Shown: positions 1 to 8,456 of the stretch, one piece after another
Layout: each line of letters begins with the position of its first letter
Numbering within the stretch: position 1 is the stretch's first letter
NCBI GenBank assembly: GCA_964508875.1
Contig: CAZDVV010000002.1
Coordinates: 1-57,856, forward strand
DNA: 57,856 bases
Source of the DNA: an uncultured Desulfobacteraceae bacterium
Lineage (GTDB): Bacteria; Desulfobacterota; DSM-4660; Desulfatiglandales; Desulfatiglandaceae
Reading direction: 5' to 3'
Made by a program: the position numbers and the translations under genes
Notes under the pieces: generated by a model
The model's database searches: none
Told to the model about the DNA's origin: nothing
Seen by the model: the letters and a program-made list of their open reading frames with translations, nothing else

Positions 1-71
1 TTTTTGGACTATAAGACCGGTGAAATCTTAGGTTGTCCCGGATTCACGCATTTCCCCCAAGGAGGCTAGAT

Positions 72-668
72 ATGGCAAAAATTACCAAGGCCATCATTAG
101 CGTGACAGACAAATCAGGTATTGGCGACTTCGCCCTTGAACTGAGCAAGCTGGGTGTGGAGATTTTGTCCACCGGAGGCACTGCAAGGGTATTAAGGGAC
201 GCTGGGGTTGAGGTCAAGGATATCTCAGAATACACTGGTTTTCCTGAGATGATGGATGGCAGAGTAAAGACCCTCCATCCTAAAGTTCACGGCGGCCTGT
301 TGGCCCTTAGAGAGAACCCTGATCATGCCAGGGCCATGAAGGAGCACGGTATTGAGCCCATTGATATGGTTGTAGTCAACTTGTATCAGTTTGAAAAAAC
401 TGTGCAGAAAGAAGGAGTAACCTTAGAAGAGGCCGTAGAAAATATCGACATTGGGGGGCCTTCAATGCTGCGCTCGGCAGCGAAAAACTTCAAGTACGTC
501 ACTGTAATTGTGGATCCAGCCGACTATGACAAGGTGCTTGGGGAAATGAAGGCAAATGGGGGAGAGACATCTCTCAGGACCCGATTTGACCTTGCAAGGA
601 AGGTTTTTAGGCTGACCTCAGCCTATGATGGTGCCATTAGTAAATACCTTTCTTCTGTAGAGCTTTGA
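72..668 (+). CDS. purH: IMP cyclohydrolase domain protein (PurH N-terminal MGS-like half only; no AICAR formyltransferase domain)
   Basis: The translation matches the N-terminal half of bifunctional PurH ([57 protein letters not shown]). AAGGAGG at 59-65 precedes ATG 72. A clean TGA at 666-668 falls at the interdomain linker. Confidence 0.8.
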   Translation: MAKITKAIISVTDKSGIGDFALELSKLGVEILSTGGTARVLRDAGVEVKDISEYTGFPEMMDGRVKTLHPKVHGGLLALRENPDHARAMKEHGIEPIDMVVVNLYQFEKTVQKEGVTLEEAVENIDIGGPSMLRSAAKNFKYVTVIVDPADYDKVLGEMKANGGETSLRTRFDLARKVFRLTSAYDGAISKYLSSVEL

Positions 669-694
669 AAGGAGAGATGGGCAGTAGTTTTTCC

Positions 695-721
695 TTGTTT
701 TGTTAGGCCAATTGGTATAAT
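695..721 (+). promoter_or_regulatory. Candidate sigma-70 promoter with extended -10 (TGgTATAAT) for the TRAP operon
   Basis: TGGTATAAT at 713-721 and a weak TTGTTT at 695-700. It lies about 150 nt upstream of the ATG at 871. Confidence 0.35.
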
Positions 722-870
722 AGAGGCAAAAAAGGCGATAATCTGTAGCCTTGTACCGGCTGCACTGAGTAAAGCTTCCCTTAGCAACCTGAAAGGGGGT
801 GAGATTCGGAACCGTGGCGGCTTGGCAGCGGTATTGATTGGTGATCCACTTTAAGGAAGGAGGACTTGAG

Positions 871-1893
871 ATGAAGAGTAGATATTTTATATTTGCGTTG
901 GCTTTTGTAATCGGTATTGCGTTTGTTATGGTGGGTGGCACAAGGGCCACCGCTGGCCCAATCAAACTTACCTATAGCAACTTTTTCCCTCCAACCCACA
1001 TCCAAAGTAAACTCGCAGAGGCATGGTGCAAGGAAGTTGAAAAGCGCACCAACGGCCGGGTCAAGGTCGAATACTATCCCGGACAGACGCTAACCAAAGC
1101 CAGACAATGTTATGATGGCGTAGTAACAGGCCTTTCAGACATTGGTTTTTCGGTTTTAGCCTACACCAGGGGAAGATTCCCGGTAATGTCTGTGGTGGAC
1201 CTTCCTTTGGGTTACACAAGTGGTAAAGTAGCCACGGCAGTTGCCAACGCTGTATACAATCACTTCATGCCCAAGGAACTGATGGACACCAAGGTGATGT
1301 ATCTGCATGCCCACGGTCCTGGTCTGGTATTCACCAAGGGGAAAGCGGTTCATCGTATTGAAGACATGAAGGGCCTCAAGATTAGGTCTCACGGGACAAG
1401 CGCGAAGGTTATGAAGGCATTGGGTGCCGTGCCTGTGCCTAAACCCATGCCAGAATGCTATCAAATGCTTCAAAAGGGTGTGGTGGACGGTGCTTGTTAT
1501 CCCTTTGAGGCCAACAAGGGATGGAAACTGGGCGAGGTAACAGACTACTGCACCGCGGCCTTCTCCGTTGCTTACACCACCACCTTCTTTGTGGTCATGA
1601 ACAAGGACAAATGGAATTCCTTACCTTCAGATATCAAGAACATAATCGAAGAGATCAACGAAGAATGGGCGGTTAAGCACGGCGAGGCATGGGACAGCAG
1701 CGATATGGCAGGAATCAGGTTTTTCCTGAACCAGGGCAACCAGATCATTGGCCTGAACAAGAAGGAACAGGCAAGGTGGAAAAAGGCTGCAGCTCCTGTG
1801 ATTCAGGAATATGTGCAGGCCATGAACAAGAAGGGCTTCAACGGCAAAGAAATAGTAGACTATACTGTGAGTGTGCTTGAGAGCCTGAAGTAA
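871..1893 (+). CDS. TRAP transporter substrate-binding protein (DctP family)
   Basis: N-terminal signal peptide (MKSRYFIFALAFVIGIAFVMVGG), then a DctP-like periplasmic domain. AAGGAAGGAGG RBS lies before ATG 871. DctQ- and DctM-like genes follow. Confidence 0.85.
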   Translation: MKSRYFIFALAFVIGIAFVMVGGTRATAGPIKLTYSNFFPPTHIQSKLAEAWCKEVEKRTNGRVKVEYYPGQTLTKARQCYDGVVTGLSDIGFSVLAYTRGRFPVMSVVDLPLGYTSGKVATAVANAVYNHFMPKELMDTKVMYLHAHGPGLVFTKGKAVHRIEDMKGLKIRSHGTSAKVMKALGAVPVPKPMPECYQMLQKGVVDGACYPFEANKGWKLGEVTDYCTAAFSVAYTTTFFVVMNKDKWNSLPSDIKNIIEEINEEWAVKHGEAWDSSDMAGIRFFLNQGNQIIGLNKKEQARWKKAAAPVIQEYVQAMNKKGFNGKEIVDYTVSVLESLK

Positions 1894-1908
1894 ATCACGA
1901 TCAAAATA

Positions 1909-1943
1909 GGGGCCGGATGGGTTGCTTATTCGGCCCCATTTTT
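1909..1943 (+). terminator. Intercistronic GC hairpin plus T-run between the TRAP binding-protein and permease genes (attenuator or mRNA stabiliser)
   Basis: GGGGCCG (1909-1915) pairs with CGGCCCC (1931-1937) and is followed by ATTTTT. Confidence 0.5.
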
Positions 1944-1954
1944 GTGAGACAGAC

Positions 1955-2437
1955 ATGAAGGGATTCTGGAGAACAGTCAACTGGATTCTGGAAAAGCAAA
2001 AGGTAATTGGGGCTTGCTGCCTTGTGGGAATGATGGGGCTGACCTGCGTTGACGTGGTGGGACGCTTTTTCAGGCACCCAATTTTTGGTTCGGTGGAATT
2101 GGTGGGTTTTATGTCAACCCTTTCTGTGGCCATGGCGCTGCCATATACCCAAAAGGTTAAAGGCCACATAGGCGTGGAGATCATCTTTCGTCTCCTTAGA
2201 CCTAAGGTGCAGGCTGCCCTGGATATCTTTACAAGTGTCTTGAGTCTCCTGCTTTTTTCTGTTGTTACATGGAGGATGACTGCTTATGCTCTGGATCTTC
2301 ACAGATCGGGTGAAGTTTCCATGAACCTGGAATTCCCTGAATACACCATCGTATATGCTGTGGCCTTTTGTTTCCTGGTATTTGTTGTAATTATCATCTC
2401 AGACGTCATTGAAAATGCCAAGAAACTGAAAGAATAG
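1955..2437 (+). CDS. TRAP transporter small permease (DctQ family)
   Basis: About 160 aa and very hydrophobic, with roughly four predicted TM helices. It sits between the DctP-like and DctM-like genes. The start is taken at ATG 1955, after the hairpin. Confidence 0.8.
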   Translation: MKGFWRTVNWILEKQKVIGACCLVGMMGLTCVDVVGRFFRHPIFGSVELVGFMSTLSVAMALPYTQKVKGHIGVEIIFRLLRPKVQAALDIFTSVLSLLLFSVVTWRMTAYALDLHRSGEVSMNLEFPEYTIVYAVAFCFLVFVVIIISDVIENAKKLKE

Positions 2438-2439
2438 CT

Positions 2440-3753
2440 ATGGACGCAACGGTTGTTGGTATTATTGGCATTGTAGTAATGATCATTATCTTCCTCACGA
2501 GGATGCCGGTGGCGTATGTAATGGCCCTAGTGGGTTACCTGGGATTCAGCATAATGGTGTCGCCCAAAGGGGGGCTGGCGCTTTTGTCAAGAAATGTTTA
2601 CGAGGTTTTTTCATCCTATGGTCTAACCACTATTCCCCTTTTTGTGTTGATGGGTCAATTGGCATTCAATAGTGGCATCAGTCGTAGACTTTACGACGCC
2701 GCTTATAAATATCTTGGTAGTGTCCGTGGCGGCCTGGCCATGGCCACAGTTTCTGCCTGTACGGCATTTGGAGCTGTTTGCGGATCCTCACCTGCAACTG
2801 CAGCCACCATGGCCACCGTGGGGCTGCCCGAGATGAAAAGATACAATTATGCCGATGAACTGGCCACAGGTGCGGTGGCCTCGGGTGGCGGGCTTGGCAT
2901 GATCATGCCCCCTAGCATTGTACTGATCGTTTACGGGATTCTTACCGAACAATCTATCGGGAAACTTTTTGTGGCAGGTATTGTGCCCGCAATCCTTGTT
3001 ACTATTCTATTTATCATATCCATTTTTTTTAGATGCCGTAAAAACCCTGAGCAGGGCCCACCGGGTGAGAAATTTTCGTGGTCCGAGCGGCTTAGGTCCT
3101 TGTGGTATATGAGTGAAACCCTGGCTGTTTTCATTCTTGTGATCGGTGGGTTGTTTTTCGGGATCTTTACTCCTACTGAGGCCGCGGCAGTAGGGGCTTT
3201 CGGGGTCCTCGCCCTATCGGTACTGCGCAGGCAGCTCACGTGGGAAGGGTTCGTCAAGTCGCTATATGAGACCCTGAGGACATCATGTATGGTCATGATG
3301 CTTATCGCGGGTGCTGTTATCTTTGGAAAGTTTTTGGCGGTCACCCGGATTCCGTTCAATATAGCTACGTGGGTGGGTGGCTTTGAGCTACCTCGCTACA
3401 TGATAATGGGAATTATCGTTTTTATTTATTTCTTGGGTGGATGTTTTATGGATGCCCTGGCCTTTGTGATGCTTACCGTACCGGTATTTTTCCCCTTGGT
3501 AAGCAGCCTAGGATATGACCCCATATGGTTTGGAATCATAATCGTGATGGTCACTGAGATGGGAGTCATAACTCCTCCTGTGGGCATAAATGTGTATGTG
3601 GTCTTTGGGGTGGCTCGTAGCGTAATAGGAGAAATACCACTCGAGACAATCTTTAAGGGCATATTCCCGTTTCTGCTTGCGGTCATTGCTGGAGTTTTTA
3701 TTCTCATTGCATTTCCACAACTGATTCTCTTCCTGCCTAACCTGATGTATTAA
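2440..3753 (+). CDS. TRAP transporter large permease (DctM family)
   Basis: 437-aa polytopic membrane protein with DctM-like sequence. Its ATG lies 2 nt after the DctQ stop codon. Confidence 0.9.
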   Translation: MDATVVGIIGIVVMIIIFLTRMPVAYVMALVGYLGFSIMVSPKGGLALLSRNVYEVFSSYGLTTIPLFVLMGQLAFNSGISRRLYDAAYKYLGSVRGGLAMATVSACTAFGAVCGSSPATAATMATVGLPEMKRYNYADELATGAVASGGGLGMIMPPSIVLIVYGILTEQSIGKLFVAGIVPAILVTILFIISIFFRCRKNPEQGPPGEKFSWSERLRSLWYMSETLAVFILVIGGLFFGIFTPTEAAAVGAFGVLALSVLRRQLTWEGFVKSLYETLRTSCMVMMLIAGAVIFGKFLAVTRIPFNIATWVGGFELPRYMIMGIIVFIYFLGGCFMDALAFVMLTVPVFFPLVSSLGYDPIWFGIIIVMVTEMGVITPPVGINVYVVFGVARSVIGEIPLETIFKGIFPFLLAVIAGVFILIAFPQLILFLPNLMY

Positions 3754-3800
3754 ACCTATTGCGCTCCGTGAAAGATGCAAGGTGCAGTTGAAGTTTTCCC

Positions 3801-3830
3801 TTGACATCTTTTTATAATGGATGCTATAGA
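3801..3830 (+). promoter_or_regulatory. Candidate sigma-70 promoter (TTGACA-N18-TATAGA) for the IclR/molybdoenzyme/ligase operon
   Basis: TTGACA at 3801-3806 and TATAGA at 3825-3830. The -10 element is embedded in the palindrome listed next. Confidence 0.4.
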
Positions 3831-3849
3831 AAACATAAGTTTTCTATAG
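3824..3849. promoter_or_regulatory. Perfect 11-bp inverted repeat (CTATAGAAAAC-ATAA-GTTTTCTATAG); candidate IclR operator
   Basis: I checked perfect dyad symmetry base by base. It ends 28 nt upstream of the IclR start and overlaps the putative -10. Confidence 0.45.
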
Positions 3850-3876
3850 AGATCGTAGTCTTTTCTCGGAATAGTT

Positions 3877-4662
3877 GTGGAATTTAAGCGCGTACCAGCT
3901 TTAGACAAGTGCTTCAAGATACTGGATCTTGCGGCCAGATCCAACAATGGGATTGGGATAAGCGAGGCCGCAAAGACTCTTGGCTATAACAAAAGCACGG
4001 TATTTAACATTGTCCATACCCTTGCCTCTCTTGGGATCTTGGCCAATGGAAACAATGCCAAATTTGTGCTGGGACCACGTCTTTATGTCCTCGGAAGGCT
4101 GGCCTCGCAGAATTTTAGCCTTGTTGATGTGGCTCATCCATGGTTGGAGAAGGTTACAGCCCAAACCAAACTTTCCTCATTCCTGGGAGTACGATCGGGT
4201 GATCGGGTGACCATAATCGACAAGGTCGATTCCCCCATAGAGATAAAGGTCTCATCAGAGGTAGGAATGCGAATACCTCTCTTGGCAGGGGCCACTGGAA
4301 AAGTTTTCCTCGCCCAAATGCCTGATGATAAGGTTGTAGAGCTATTAGCCAGAAAGGAACTCAAGGCATATACCTCACGGTCCTGTACTGACCCTGTGAA
4401 GTATTTACAGACAGTGCGTGAGGTGAGAAGGCAGGGATTTGCACTGGATGATGAGGAATACATTGAGGGGATAAGGGCCATAGCGGTTCCTTTGAGAACC
4501 TTGCAGTCAGGGGCATTGTCGGCCATCTGGGTGGTGGGCCTTAGTAGTCAGCTCAAAGACGTTGAAGTGGACCAGTATAGGGCCTTATTGAAGGAGGCAG
4601 GGAGGAACATAGAGCAGCGACTTGGTGTTTTTGAAGTAAACCTTAGGGAAAGGAAGGTATGA
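3877..4662 (+). CDS. IclR family transcriptional regulator
   Basis: N-terminal wHTH (ALDKCFKILDLAA...GISEAAKTLGYNKSTVFNIVHTL) and a C-terminal IclR effector domain. The start is GTG. The stop overlaps the next gene's ATG. Confidence 0.85.
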   Translation: MEFKRVPALDKCFKILDLAARSNNGIGISEAAKTLGYNKSTVFNIVHTLASLGILANGNNAKFVLGPRLYVLGRLASQNFSLVDVAHPWLEKVTAQTKLSSFLGVRSGDRVTIIDKVDSPIEIKVSSEVGMRIPLLAGATGKVFLAQMPDDKVVELLARKELKAYTSRSCTDPVKYLQTVREVRRQGFALDDEEYIEGIRAIAVPLRTLQSGALSAIWVVGLSSQLKDVEVDQYRALLKEAGRNIEQRLGVFEVNLRERKV

Positions 4663-5543
4663 ATATGTTACTGCCACAATTTGAGTACCATGAACCTAAG
4701 ACGTTGTCCGAGGCCTGTGAGATCATGGCCGAACTGTCAGGCAGGGCAAAGGCCCTGGCAGGTGGCACGGATCTCATTGTGAACATGAAGAAAAAGCTAA
4801 TAAGGCCCGAGCATCTGGTATGTGTGGACAGGGTAGATGAATTGAAAGGAATTGAGGCTTCTGAGGGTCGCGTAAGAATTGGGGCCTGTGAGAAGGTGGC
4901 AGATATCGCCTCATCAGAAGAAGTGAATAGGCACATCAGTGCCCTTACTGCTGGGGCTTCCAATTTAGGCTCTCCGCTGATTCGGAATCTTGCCACTATA
5001 GGGGGCAATCTTGCCTCGGCCAGACCAGCGGCGGACTTACCCCCATCGTTGATGGCTTATGGAGCAGAGGTCGCCCTCAGGAGTAAAAATGCAGAGCGGT
5101 TGATAAAGATTGAAGATCTTTTCCAAGGCCCTGGTGAAACCATCATGCAGCCAGAGGACTTGATTTCCGAAATCCTGGTTCCCGTGCCTGCTGGCGCGTA
5201 TGGAGCCCATTACATAAAATTGGGTGTGAGGCGTGCGCTTGAGATTTCAATAGTGAACGTGGCTGCTTTTGTTCAGTTGGATAACGATGGGTCCCACATT
5301 GCTGATGCCAGGGTGGTTGTGGGCGCTGTTGCCCCCACTCCGATACGGGCACCATCTGCAGAGGCCGTGCTTAAAGGTGAAAAGGCTGATGAAGGACTTT
5401 TTGACAAGGCCGCAGAGGCTGCCTCTGGTGATGCAAAACCGATCGATGATTTTAGGGCCTCGGCAGAATATCGAAGGGACATGGTAGCAGTGCTTACAAA
5501 AAGGGCATTGAAGGCCGCTTACACTGAGGCGGCTAAGGGCTAA
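4659..5543 (+). CDS. Xanthine dehydrogenase/CO dehydrogenase family FAD-binding medium subunit
   Basis: CoxM/XdhB-like FAD-binding fold (ALAGGTDLIV, ATIGGNL, a C-terminal CO_deh_flav_C-like region with RASAEYRR). Confidence 0.85.
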   Translation: MNMLLPQFEYHEPKTLSEACEIMAELSGRAKALAGGTDLIVNMKKKLIRPEHLVCVDRVDELKGIEASEGRVRIGACEKVADIASSEEVNRHISALTAGASNLGSPLIRNLATIGGNLASARPAADLPPSLMAYGAEVALRSKNAERLIKIEDLFQGPGETIMQPEDLISEILVPVPAGAYGAHYIKLGVRRALEISIVNVAAFVQLDNDGSHIADARVVVGAVAPTPIRAPSAEAVLKGEKADEGLFDKAAEAASGDAKPIDDFRASAEYRRDMVAVLTKRALKAAYTEAAKG

Positions 5544-5576
5544 GGCAAACGAAATTATCTCTAGAGAGGGTGAATT

Positions 5577-6053
5577 ATGAAAAAGCTTATTTCCCTGAAA
5601 GTGAATGGGAAGCTCTACGAGGTGGCTGTCAGCCCTAATCAGACCCTCGTGGATTTCCTAAGAAATGAACTCGATCTCATTGGTACCAAGAAAGGGTGTG
5701 AGGTGGGTGACTGTGGCACATGTACGGTTCTTATGGATGGGAGGCCGGTGAACTCGTGCTTGGTCCTAGCGGTACAGGCAAATGGTCGTGAAATTCAGAC
5801 TATTGAGGGGCTCGAGAGTCCTGAGGGACTTCATCCCATTCAGAAGGCCTTTGTGGACAAAGGGGCCATTCAATGTGGTTTCTGTACACCGGGGATGATA
5901 CTGACTGCAAAAAGCCTCCTTGAGAAGAATCCCACTCCTGATCGAGATGAGATTAGGAAGGCCATCTCGGGGAACCTTTGTAGGTGTACGGGCTATCAGA
6001 AAATTGTAGACGCGATTGAGGCTGCATCAGCTGAAATGTCCAAAAGACAATAA
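5577..6053 (+). CDS. (2Fe-2S)-binding small subunit of xanthine dehydrogenase family enzyme
   Basis: Both [2Fe-2S] motifs are present (CEVGDCGTCTV... and CGFCTPGM ... CRCTGY). Confidence 0.9.
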   Translation: MKKLISLKVNGKLYEVAVSPNQTLVDFLRNELDLIGTKKGCEVGDCGTCTVLMDGRPVNSCLVLAVQANGREIQTIEGLESPEGLHPIQKAFVDKGAIQCGFCTPGMILTAKSLLEKNPTPDRDEIRKAISGNLCRCTGYQKIVDAIEAASAEMSKRQ

Positions 6054-6065
6054 GGGGGGCGGAAA

Positions 6066-8423
6066 ATGACGAAATACAGTGTGATTAACCAGCGGGCACC
6101 TCGTCTGGATGCCCCTGATAAGGCCACAGGAAGGGCAAGATACGTCGATGACTTGAAGCTTCCGGGGATGCTTTACGGGGCCATTCTTCATAGCCCACTT
6201 CCTCACGCCAAGATTTTGAATATCGATACCTCTAAGGCCGAGCGATTGGTAGGGGTGAAAGCCATTGTGACGGCAAAAGAGGCACCACGAGTAAAATATG
6301 GCGTTAGCCCCGCCCGGTATGATGAGACGCTTTTCTGTGTGGATAAGGTGAGATACATTGGTGATGAAGTGGCGGCGGTGGCAGCTGTTGACCTAGAAAC
6401 CGCTCAAGAGGCCTTATCTCTGATCAAGGTGGACTATGAGGAACTTCCTGCCGTTTTCACCATTGAGGAGGCAATAGCAGAAGGAGCCCCTATACTCCAT
6501 AAAGAGTTTCCCCGAAATATCTGCGCAGAAGTCCACCAGGAATTTGGTGATGTGGAAGCAGCCTTTAAGGAGTGCGATTATATCCGGACCGACAAATTTA
6601 TTAACAAGAGGCAAGAGTCCGGTGCGCTGGAGCCCCATGGGTGCGTCGCAGACTACGATCCCTGGGGAAACCTTACCTTGTATACGTCCACCCAAACCCC
6701 CCACTATGTTATGCGGACCGTCGCAATGGTGTTGGGTATCCCTGTTGGAAAGGTAAGGGTTGTAAAGCCATATGTGGGTGGTGGTTTTGGAAGCAAGGCA
6801 GAGGCTACCCCTGCAGAGATGAGTGCCGCACTTCTATCAAAAATGACCGGGAAGCCTGTAAAGCTCATTTATAGCAGGGAAGAGGTCTTCTTGCACGGAA
6901 GATCCAGACATCAGTTTATCCATGAGATGACAACCGGTGTAAAAAAGGATGGCACATTGGTGGCGCTAAAGCATTCATGTTATCTGGATGGTGGTGCCTA
7001 TACCAGCTTCGGGATTGCCACTGTCTATTATGCAGGTTCCATGCTTGGGGGGCCATACAAACTCCCCAATATGAAATATGATGGCTATAGGGTTTATACC
7101 AACAAGCCTGCCTGTGGGGCTCAACGAGGTCACGGTGCTGTCGCAGCTCGTGCCCTTTTTGAGCAGCAGCTTGACATTATCGCTGATGAGCTAGGCATTG
7201 ACCCCATTGATTTCAGGCTCAAGAACGTGATGAGCCGTGGTGACATTACGTGCAATGAACTCAACATGAGCAGCCTGGGGATGAAGGAGTGTATTGAAGC
7301 GGTAAAGAACGGGTCTGAATGGACAAAGAAAAAGGGCAAGCTACCCAGAGGAAAGGGTATCGGCATGGCCTGTGGGTTTTTTGTTTCAGGCGCTGGCTAT
7401 CCCATATACCGCTCTGACACATACCATTCCACAGCCACCATCAAGCTGAGCGAGGATGGAGGGACCGTAAATCTTTACACAGGGTCTGCAGAGATTGGCC
7501 AAGGTTCAGACACGGTGCTCGCCATGATTGCTGCTGAGGCCCTTGGGGTGAGGCTGGAGGATGTGAAGGTCCACTCAGGAGATACAGAGTACGGGGTGGA
7601 CTTGGGTGCGTATTCAAGCAGACAAACCCTGATGAGCGGTCATGCCGTCAAAGAGGCGGCAGAGGCCGCAAGGAAGCAGGTGATAGAAACCGTTGCTGAT
7701 GAATTGGGTCTCAACCCAGATGAGATCGATATCAAGGAGGGAAGGGTCATCTTCAAAAGAGAAGAGGTGGATTTTACTCCCATTAGACAGAGTTACGTAA
7801 GGGAGCATCGAGGCTGGACAGACCATCCACAGGAGCCCTATCTTACCTTCAAAGAGGCGGCTAGGCTTGCATATCTCCGACGGGGAATAATAGTGGGTAC
7901 AGGAAAATACAAGCCTCCCAAGCTAGGAGGCTCCTTTAAGGGAGCCGCAGTGGGCACATCTCCTGCCTATGGTTGCTCTGCAGAGGTGGTTGAGGTCAGC
8001 GTGGACCTGGAGACGGGCAAGGTTACCATTGATGACATGACCGATGCCCATGACTGCGGTTTTGCCATTAACCGTACATCAGTGGAAGGGCAGATGGAGG
8101 GATCCCTTTCCATGGGCCTTGGTGAGGCGTTATTCGAGGAAGTGAAATTTGGCAGTGACGGCAAAATCCTAAACCCCAATCTGAGCGAGTACAAGATTCC
8201 CACCTCTTTGGATGTGCCTGATATCAAAACCATAATAGTTGAGAGCAACGAACCCAATGGGCCATTTGGGGCAAAAGAGGTGGGCGAGGGAGCAATTATG
8301 CCCACTATTCCGGCCATATTAAACGCTGTATACGATGCTGTTGGAGAGAGGATATTTGAGCTTCCGCTTGTCCCGGAAAGGGTTTATATGGCCATTAAGA
8401 AAAGGCGACAGAAAGGGGAATAG
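6066..8423 (+). CDS. Molybdopterin-binding large subunit of xanthine dehydrogenase family enzyme
   Basis: 785 aa with the aldehyde oxidase/xanthine dehydrogenase a/b-hammerhead and Mo-cofactor domains (GGGFGSK, GAQRGHG, AKEVGEG). Confidence 0.9.
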   Translation: MTKYSVINQRAPRLDAPDKATGRARYVDDLKLPGMLYGAILHSPLPHAKILNIDTSKAERLVGVKAIVTAKEAPRVKYGVSPARYDETLFCVDKVRYIGDEVAAVAAVDLETAQEALSLIKVDYEELPAVFTIEEAIAEGAPILHKEFPRNICAEVHQEFGDVEAAFKECDYIRTDKFINKRQESGALEPHGCVADYDPWGNLTLYTSTQTPHYVMRTVAMVLGIPVGKVRVVKPYVGGGFGSKAEATPAEMSAALLSKMTGKPVKLIYSREEVFLHGRSRHQFIHEMTTGVKKDGTLVALKHSCYLDGGAYTSFGIATVYYAGSMLGGPYKLPNMKYDGYRVYTNKPACGAQRGHGAVAARALFEQQLDIIADELGIDPIDFRLKNVMSRGDITCNELNMSSLGMKECIEAVKNGSEWTKKKGKLPRGKGIGMACGFFVSGAGYPIYRSDTYHSTATIKLSEDGGTVNLYTGSAEIGQGSDTVLAMIAAEALGVRLEDVKVHSGDTEYGVDLGAYSSRQTLMSGHAVKEAAEAARKQVIETVADELGLNPDEIDIKEGRVIFKREEVDFTPIRQSYVREHRGWTDHPQEPYLTFKEAARLAYLRRGIIVGTGKYKPPKLGGSFKGAAVGTSPAYGCSAEVVEVSVDLETGKVTIDDMTDAHDCGFAINRTSVEGQMEGSLSMGLGEALFEEVKFGSDGKILNPNLSEYKIPTSLDVPDIKTIIVESNEPNGPFGAKEVGEGAIMPTIPAILNAVYDAVGERIFELPLVPERVYMAIKKRRQKGE

Positions 8424-8456
8424 AGGGTAAAATTTTGATGCCATGAAGGGTGCCTG

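Noticed and set aside
33-668. purH as a truncated pseudogene created by insertion of the TRAP/molybdoenzyme cluster
   Set aside because: The ORF ends cleanly at the domain boundary with its own stop. No AICARFT-like remnant appears downstream or at the far end of the cluster, and no mobile-element scars are visible.
823-838. Sigma-54-like TGGCAG-N5-TTGA upstream of the TRAP binding-protein gene
   Set aside because: The invariant -12 GC is GA here. An extended -10 sigma-70 promoter lies upstream and an IclR regulator is encoded in the locus.
1627-2184. 185-aa minus-strand ORF across the dctP/dctQ junction
   Set aside because: It is antisense to well-supported TRAP genes and has no independent support.
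3801-3818. TTGACA plus TATAAT (3813-3818) as the IclR operon promoter
   Set aside because: Only 6 nt separate the hexamers. TATAGA at 3825-3830, with an 18-nt spacer, is the workable -10.
4659-8423. Calling the three-subunit molybdoenzyme 4-hydroxybenzoyl-CoA reductase (HcrABC)
   Set aside because: The medium subunit lacks the Cys-rich [4Fe-4S] insertion, the gene order differs, and the adjacent ligase is PaaK-type rather than a 4-hydroxybenzoate ligase. Only the family-level call is kept.
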